Source of the DNA: Trichodesmium erythraeum IMS101
GTDB taxonomy: Bacteria; Cyanobacteriota; Cyanobacteriia; Cyanobacteriales; Microcoleaceae
Length of the DNA: 32,000 nucleotides
Assembly: GCF_000014265.1 (NCBI RefSeq)
Contig: NC_008312.1
Coordinates: 7,170,001-7,202,000, forward strand
Reading direction: 5' to 3'
Both the position numbers and the translations under genes were made by a program. The notes beneath the pieces were generated by a model. The model did no database searches. It worked only from the letters and a program-made list of their open reading frames with translations, and was not told the origin of the DNA. Below are positions 26,749 to 32,000 of the stretch, in pieces (the stretch's first letter is position 1; each line of letters starts with the position of its first letter).

Positions 26749-28477
26749 AATAAATTTTGATTTTTGGCACGATAATTCTATTTAATTAGCAAAACTTAAG
26801 TTTTATAGTGCTACGCGCAAGTTAAAAGTCAACTCCCCCAAGGGGGTAAGTCAAAAGTAAAGGATAATCTTTAGGTGAGTTTTCCCATCTGATAAAAAGT
26901 TAAAAGTTAGAATTTAAAAGTTGTCTTGGAGCCAAAAAAAATTAGCTCTCCAGTCTCTTTTAAGGAGATAAAAAAAATATTCGTATCAGTATTTTAATCC
27001 TTTGACTTTAGGAGTTTGTACTAAAAAGTATTTTTTATAACAAAATTGATGGGTTAGATAATATGTTAGATATTACGATAAATTAAAAATATTAGCACTT
27101 ATCTCCCGTCTGAGTAAGTCTGAAATTATAGACTATTGTAAAATTCATCGCTATTTAGATTTCGGGAAAAGTATATTGGGGATGAATATATTTTATTTAG
27201 GTAAACTTATTATCCATCAATTATTGATACTTTACGGGATACTTTAGAAATAATTGATAAATATACGGTTTTAAAAGATATAGATTATTTATATTTTTAT
27301 TGTGCAATTGATAATTTTTTATTTGGAGAATTAGATAACACAAAAGATGGCAAAATTGGGAATTTAATAATTTTCATAGTGTTTGGGAGAGAACATGTTT
27401 AACTGATTTACTCAAGCACACAGATTTATGTTTTGTTTCTTATCTAAATAGTAAGTATATTGCCTCATAAATAATTGCTAATTTGAAATACAAACACACA
27501 ATAATCGATCTGAGGAATATTTTTCATGTCAATGGTAAAGATATTTTTCCTGATGCTGTAATTATTTTATTTAAGGTTAAATATAACTTCTTAAACTCGC
27601 GGCTTTCAGATTTAGTTTTACCTAAAACTTTATATCAAATTGAAAAGTTAAAAAATGATGACTTAGTCGACTAAACTAGCTTCAAATATAATAAATATAA
27701 ATTAAAAATTGCTGTTATTAACCAAGAACATAAACTAGACCAAGAGGATAGGCTGGTAAATAATACTTTTATGAGTTAGCTAAATCATCGAAAATTGAGG
27801 GAGATATACTAAGAGTTTGTTATTTACTAGAGTGATTTTATTCTTACTGGGAAATATTGGATGATTTTAATACTGAAGAATTACAAATGATGAAAAATTT
27901 TAATTATTGATTTTATCTAGACGTGAAGTTTGGTCTCTTGTTATCGGACAGTTTTTTTCAACGTTTCATTCATTATGTATTGGGGTCAGAATCTCTAGTG
28001 AAAGATAATATATTTTATTTGTCATTATTTTGGGTTTAAGATAGACTCTGCTCTCTTAAAAAAATTAATCAAAGCTTTAATAATTTCCTCAAAAAAATTA
28101 TGGGCAAAATTTATATCCAAATTATTAATATTAAATCTGCAAATTTTGACTATGATCTGAACCCAGGAAACAGAGAGGAAAATAAGAATAGAAGTATTAG
28201 AAAACAGTTTTTCTATGAATATCTGATTCAAAATTATCTGGTAAATTTTCAAAATATTGTCAGAAGTTGAAGTATTAATAGTGAGTTTTGGTTACCTATT
28301 TATATAAAAAATTTGCTACTGTTTACTTCTGGTGCTAAATATATAGATAATTATGTGAAGTTAACAGGAGTTAATATTATGAAAGTTATTGATAGTTATA
28401 TTGATGGTTAAAAACTTCATAAATTCAAAGTTAGAGTTACAGCAATTTCGATTTTTATAAGGCAGAGCTACGGGGAA

Positions 28478-28534
28478 AAATGCTTGCACTAAATAATTTT
28501 CATTATTTACTTTGTACCTCATTTGCCCGAAATC
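28478..28534 (-). repeat. Left arm of a ~57-bp imperfect inverted repeat
   Basis: The reverse complement 'GATTTCGGGCAAATGAgGTAC...AATTATTTAgTGCAAGCATTT' matches 29081..29139. The inner 21 nt match at 20 of 21 positions, and the outer part is more diverged. Confidence 0.7.
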
Positions 28535-28603
28535 TGCTGTATTCTTTTCAGGCAAATAAATAATTTTAATATAACTTACACAAGGGAATTAATTATAGTA
28601 TTT

Positions 28604-28633
28604 GTAGGTTGGGTTGAGGCAAATAAACGAAAG
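28604..28633 (+). repeat. Small dispersed repeat 'GTAGGTTGGGTTGAGG...', degenerate copy
   Basis: 'gtaggttgggttgaggcaaataaacgaaag' shares a 14-nt core with 29043..29072 but lacks the 3' stem half. Confidence 0.6.
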
Positions 28634-29042
28634 ATATTTAGTATTTATTGAGGGATCTTGTGAATTTCCTTAAAGGTAATTGTATTTTACTTGTATAAAA
28701 AACTGAGATTTTGATTATTAATAATGAATATCTTTACACAAATATTCTTTTTAAGAGACTAAATTAACTGAGTTAAGGGAATAGCGATCGCTTAAATAAA
28801 TAATAACTCGACAATATGTTTAACCATGATAATTTTCTAATCATTCAACCTATTGTTTGAAACTGTTAGTCTTATAAAGATTTAGCTTTGATAAATTTTG
28901 GGCTGAAATTATCTAAAAAAAAAGACTGTTAACTGGATAAAATTCTCTATAGCTTCTTAAGTTAAAAGATATCCTAAAAATTAATCAAAACATTAGTTAT
29001 ATTTCTCAAGCAAGGTTAGGAAATCACATTAAAGATAGCATT

Positions 29043-29072
29043 CGTAAGTTGGGTTGAGGTAACGAAACCCAA
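29043..29072 (+). repeat. Small dispersed hairpin repeat 'GTAAGTTGGGTTGAGGTAACGAAACCCAAC'
   Basis: GTTGGGTT and AACCCAAC form an 8-bp stem. From memory it resembles a short hairpin repeat common in filamentous cyanobacterial genomes. Confidence 0.6.
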
Positions 29073-29080
29073 CATAAGAC

Positions 29081-29139
29081 TGATTTCGGGCAAATGATGT
29101 ACGGCTGTATTTAGTAATAATTATTTAATGCGAAGAATT
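29081..29139 (+). repeat. Right arm of the inverted repeat
   Basis: The sequence reads 'GATTTCGGGCAAATGAtGTAC...AATTATTTAaTGCgAAGaATTT'. The arms face each other across 546 bp (28535-29080). Confidence 0.7.
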
Positions 29140-29478
29140 TAGTTTTTTAAGTATACTTTATAAATCTAAAAGATGCTGTATATATCACTACGGATAAAAG
29201 TTAAAACATCCTAATGTTAATACTCAGATATAGCAGTCCTAAATTATATTTAAAGAAAGTATGATATGTAGTCAAATCAGCTATGCTAAACAATTGTACT
29301 TTTTCACGATATCTCATTTATATTCAAAATCATTGAGGATTAGTATATTTTTTCTTTTCAAATTTATTATATTACAGCGCTTTTAAAATTCATGACTTTA
29401 CATCAAAAGCAAAATCTGGTATCGAAATTGCATAGAATGCTTTGATTACTGTGGCCAATGAGTATGAAAACTGCTGTC

Positions 29479-29596
29479 GCTAAAAAATGTACTCCAAAAT
29501 TTTTATTGGGTTCCCCTATCTCTCAACCAAAGCTACAGCTAAAAAACGGACTCTAAAATTTTTGTTGAGTTGCCCTATCCCTTAGCCAAAGTTACA
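29479..29596. repeat. Two imperfect tandem 59-bp repeats immediately upstream of the GS-family gene
   Basis: 29479-29537 reads 'gctaaaaaatgtactccaaaatttttattgggttcccctatctctcaaccaaagctaca'. 29538-29596 reads 'gctaaaaaacggactctaaaatttttgttgagttgccctatcccttagccaaagttaca'. Confidence 0.8.
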
Positions 29597-29626
29597 ACTG
29601 TTCCCTATTCCTTAGTCTTGAAAAAC

Positions 29627-30982
29627 ATGAGCGATAAAAAACCAAACCTAGAAAAAGACATTTTCAAATATCTCAAAAAAAAAGGTACAAAATTTGTTCG
29701 TATCCTCTTTTGTGACAATGCTAACATTATCCGCTCCAAAGCATTCCATATTGACCAATTACCAGAACACTTCGATACAGGAGTTAGCATTACAGTCGCT
29801 CAACAAGCATTTACAGTTATGTCTGATGTGGTAATACCTGAAACAGGTCTGGCTCCGGTGGGAGAAGCTTGGTTAGTTCCTGACTGGTCTACCCTCCATA
29901 TATTACCCTATGCTCCTACTCATGCTAGTGTAGTTAGTGATATGTTTAAAGATGGCTCCCCTTGGTCTTTGTGTCCTCGTAGATTTCTCAAACAAGCGAT
30001 CGCTACTGCGGAAAAAGTAGGTTTACAAATAAAAGCTGCTTTTGAAAATGAATTCTATCTGTTGAAATCTACTTCTGATGGTATTGCCCCCACAGATAAT
30101 ACAGTTTTTGCCTCTACCTTCGGAATGGATATTAACCGTCTAGTCATTGATGACATTGCTGAGTCTCTCATTGCTCAAAAAATTCAAGTGGAAAAGTATT
30201 ATCCAGAGTCAGGTCCTGGTCAACAGGAAATTTCTATCCGCTATACCGATGCTTTACAAGCTGCTGATAGACAAATAAGTTTTCGGGAAACAGTGCGAGG
30301 AGTAGCTCTCAAATATGGACTTACTGCTTCTTTTCTGCCGAAAATTTTTGCTAACAAAGCAGGTAGCGGTTGCCACTTACATCTAAGTCTCTGGGAAGGA
30401 GAGCAAAATATTGTTCCTGACTCAGATGAAATAGGGAAAATTTCCAAAACTGCTCGTTGTTTCATTGCTGGTATTCTCAAACATTTACCTGCTTTAATGG
30501 CACTGACAACTCCGAGTGTTAATTCTTATCGTCGCATTCGCCCTCATTTTTGGAGTGGTGCTTTTCGTACTTGGGGGTTGGATAACCGGGAAGCTGCTGT
30601 GAGGGTGCCGAGTAATTTTGCTCCCCCTTCTCCTACTCATTTTGAATTGAAAACTGTTGATGCTTCTGCTAATCCTTATTTGGCTTTGGGTAGTGTTATT
30701 GTAGCTGGTTTGGATGGTATTAACTGTGGTCTTGATGTGGGAGAACCTGTGTCGGTTGACCCTGGTAATATGATGCAGGCAGAAAGGGAGGCGCGGGGAA
30801 TAGATGCTTTGCCTAGTTCGTTGGCAGAGGCGATCGCTCATCTGAATAATAATGATGTGCTGAAAAATGCTTTGGGGTCTGAGTTGGCTCAAGCGTTTAT
30901 TGCTGTTCGGCAAGCTGAGTGGGAGGAAATGAAGAATATGGAAATAGAAGAGGAGGTTAAAATTTTGTTGTCTAGATATTGA
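29627..30982 (+). CDS. Glutamine synthetase family protein (GlnA-like paralogue, gamma-glutamyl-amine ligase type)
   Basis: GS catalytic-domain signatures are present: 'AAFENEFYL', 'GSGCHLHLSLW', 'SVNSYRRIRP' and 'WGLDNREAAVRVP'. The N-terminus differs from canonical cyanobacterial GlnA. I place the start at ATG 29627 ('MSDKKPNLEK'). The track's TTG at 29570 lies inside the second copy of the upstream 59-bp repeat. Confidence 0.85.
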   Translation: MSDKKPNLEKDIFKYLKKKGTKFVRILFCDNANIIRSKAFHIDQLPEHFDTGVSITVAQQAFTVMSDVVIPETGLAPVGEAWLVPDWSTLHILPYAPTHASVVSDMFKDGSPWSLCPRRFLKQAIATAEKVGLQIKAAFENEFYLLKSTSDGIAPTDNTVFASTFGMDINRLVIDDIAESLIAQKIQVEKYYPESGPGQQEISIRYTDALQAADRQISFRETVRGVALKYGLTASFLPKIFANKAGSGCHLHLSLWEGEQNIVPDSDEIGKISKTARCFIAGILKHLPALMALTTPSVNSYRRIRPHFWSGAFRTWGLDNREAAVRVPSNFAPPSPTHFELKTVDASANPYLALGSVIVAGLDGINCGLDVGEPVSVDPGNMMQAEREARGIDALPSSLAEAIAHLNNNDVLKNALGSELAQAFIAVRQAEWEEMKNMEIEEEVKILLSRY

Positions 30983-31135
30983 GTTTTTGTCGGGGAAGAT
31001 CCCTGATCACAGAAGTTTTATTATCAGTGCTTTTGAGATCATAGACCTCTGGGACTAAATCTTAATTCTGAACCTCTTGAGCGATCGCTCTACTTAATTT
31101 ATTGCTGTGGATGTCTATAGTTATTTTAAATAAGA

Positions 31136-32000
31136 ATGAGACACTATTTGGCATAATAATTACGCATAATTTCCAAATCAAGAGGTATTGATAGGTGAAT
31201 ACATTCTAGCTCTTTTTAATACACTAAAATCATGTTCTATATCATTTAAATCAGGAGAGTATTTTCGCAAAAATAGTAATTGATGACCCCCTGCTTCTAC
31301 TAATTCTCTAATAACCTTTTTTCTATGAATTGGTTAATTCTCCATAATTAGTACACTGGGAATTTTTAATCATGGTAATAAATGTTGAGCTAACCATTGT
31401 TCAAATACCACGGCATTTAGGGTTCCTTTAAATATAATTGGTGCTATTAAATTTTTATTCCTTGTTTATGATAATATTTTTTCTTTCTTCTCTATTTCTT
31501 TCCCTATAACGAAGTTTTTTTTCAAGGAAATTTCATTTTTTTCAAAGCATAAAATATAGCTGGTTGATTAACTCCAAATTTTTTAGCTCTGTCTGCTAAT
31601 TTAAACTCTGGATTTGGTTTTACATCTTTTTCTAATTCTTTCCAATCTAATTTTATTCGACGACGTTTTACCTTAGTTGCTTCCAATTTTGTGCGAGATA
31701 ACCATCTATATATCGAAGCTATTCCTATCCGAAATACATGAGCTGCTTCGGTAAGCCTACCACCATTTTCTACAAAATTTATGACTTTTTATCTGAAGTA
31801 TAAACTGTAAGGTATGGTTAAAAATAGTTTCTAGTTGACTTAAAATTATTCTACTCAATTTTTTTATCAATCTTAATTTAAACAACTATAACTCGAAAAT
31901 AGACGAAAATAAAGCTCAATTTTCTAGTTAATTTAGAGTCTAAAAATTAGTTGAATCTAATTTTTATTTATAATTAAATACTTGTGTATTTGTGTCTCAT
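31136..32000 (-). mobile_element. Decayed IS630-family insertion sequence (possibly continuing past the window end)
   Basis: 'ATGAGACAC' at 31136-31144 is inverted at 31992-32000 (candidate terminal inverted repeats, with the right one cut by the window edge). The element encloses the transposase remnants listed next. Confidence 0.55.
31144..31815 (-). pseudogene. IS630-family transposase pseudogene (internal deletion, stops, lost start)
   Basis: Minus-strand reading gives the N-terminal HTH part 'PYSLYFR*KVINFVENGGRLTEAAHVFRIGIASIYRWLSR...FGVNQPAIFYALKKMK'. The C-terminal DDE part reads 'VLIMEN*PIHRKKVIRELVEAGGHQLLFLRKYSPDLNDIEHDFSVLKRA' (compare IS630 'DNA.FHKS......G..L.FLPPYSPDLNPIE'). 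The total of ~670 nt is too short for an intact gene. Confidence 0.7.

Noticed and set aside
26749-28555. ORFs 27483..27674 (+), 28025..28252 (-) and 28361..28555 (-), plus a start-less 65-codon frame at about 27215-27410
   Set aside because: - All are K/N/I/F-rich with no recognisable motifs.
- 28361..28555 runs through the left arm of the inverted repeat.
- They may be relics of decayed genes, but I cannot support any call.
29100-29626. Glutamine riboswitch (glnA RNA motif) or an NtcA box upstream of the GS-family gene
   Set aside because: I found no 'GGACGGAAG...GAACG'-like core and no GTA-N8-TAC site by eye. An Infernal or PWM scan would be needed for a firm negative.
29605-30913. Minus-strand ORFs 29605..29790, 30241..30480 and 30494..30913
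   Set aside because: They lie antisense inside the well-supported GS-family gene.
1-32000. CRISPR arrays, tRNA or rRNA genes
   Set aside because: - No series of regularly spaced 25-40-nt direct repeats was found. The tandem repeats seen are 7, 36, 59, 112 or ~150 bp without unique spacers.
- No T-arm-like 'GGTTCGAATCC' context and no rRNA-like sequence was seen.

Overview
All calls come from reading the sequence and the supplied ORF track by eye. No searches were run.

The window looks like chromosomal DNA of an AT-rich cyanobacterium. Six copies of the HIP1 octamer GCGATCGC are present (7502, 26633, 28784, 29996, 30830, 31081), along with STRR-like heptamer repeats. A Trichodesmium-like filamentous organism is a guess only.

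**Left third (231-10887), all on the minus strand:**
- A co-oriented core-gene block reads psaA-psaB, then a terminator, then psbB and psbT, then nrdR and rps1 (ribosomal protein S1).
- psbT is 31 aa and is missing from the ORF track.

**Remainder of the window:**
- Intact CDSs I can support cover only about half of the 32 kb, by my own sum.
- Intact genes here are an acidic-repeat lipoprotein, an elongated KaiB-like protein, a PilT-family ATPase with a proline-rich N-terminus and a glutamine-synthetase-family paralogue.
- Decayed genes are an IS1-like remnant, an IS630-like remnant and an ABC1/UbiB kinase pseudogene.
- Several kb-scale stretches are ORF-poor and very AT-rich.

**Most interesting locus (21009-23853):**
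- It is a tightly packed three-gene cassette: a DUF262 (ParB/Srx-like, 'DGTQR') protein, a translationally coupled HEPN protein (Rx4H motif 'RNDLAH'), and a convergent C5-cytosine methyltransferase.
- The methyltransferase stop codon overlaps the HEPN stop codon.
- I read it as a candidate methylation-linked defence or abortive-infection module with an RNase-type effector. To my knowledge it is uncharacterised experimentally.
- It sits behind a 3.5-kb AT-rich gap and next to the pseudogenised kinase.

**Secondary observations:**
- A ~117-nt homologous block is shared by the rps1 and psbB upstream regions.
- A perfect HLR1 (RpaB-type) direct repeat lies upstream of rps1.
- A perfect 112-bp tandem duplication with an orphan terminator lies upstream of psaA.
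- A ~57-bp inverted-repeat pair flanks a 546-bp segment.
- Several tandem repeats occur within and outside genes.

No rRNA, tRNA or CRISPR array was seen.
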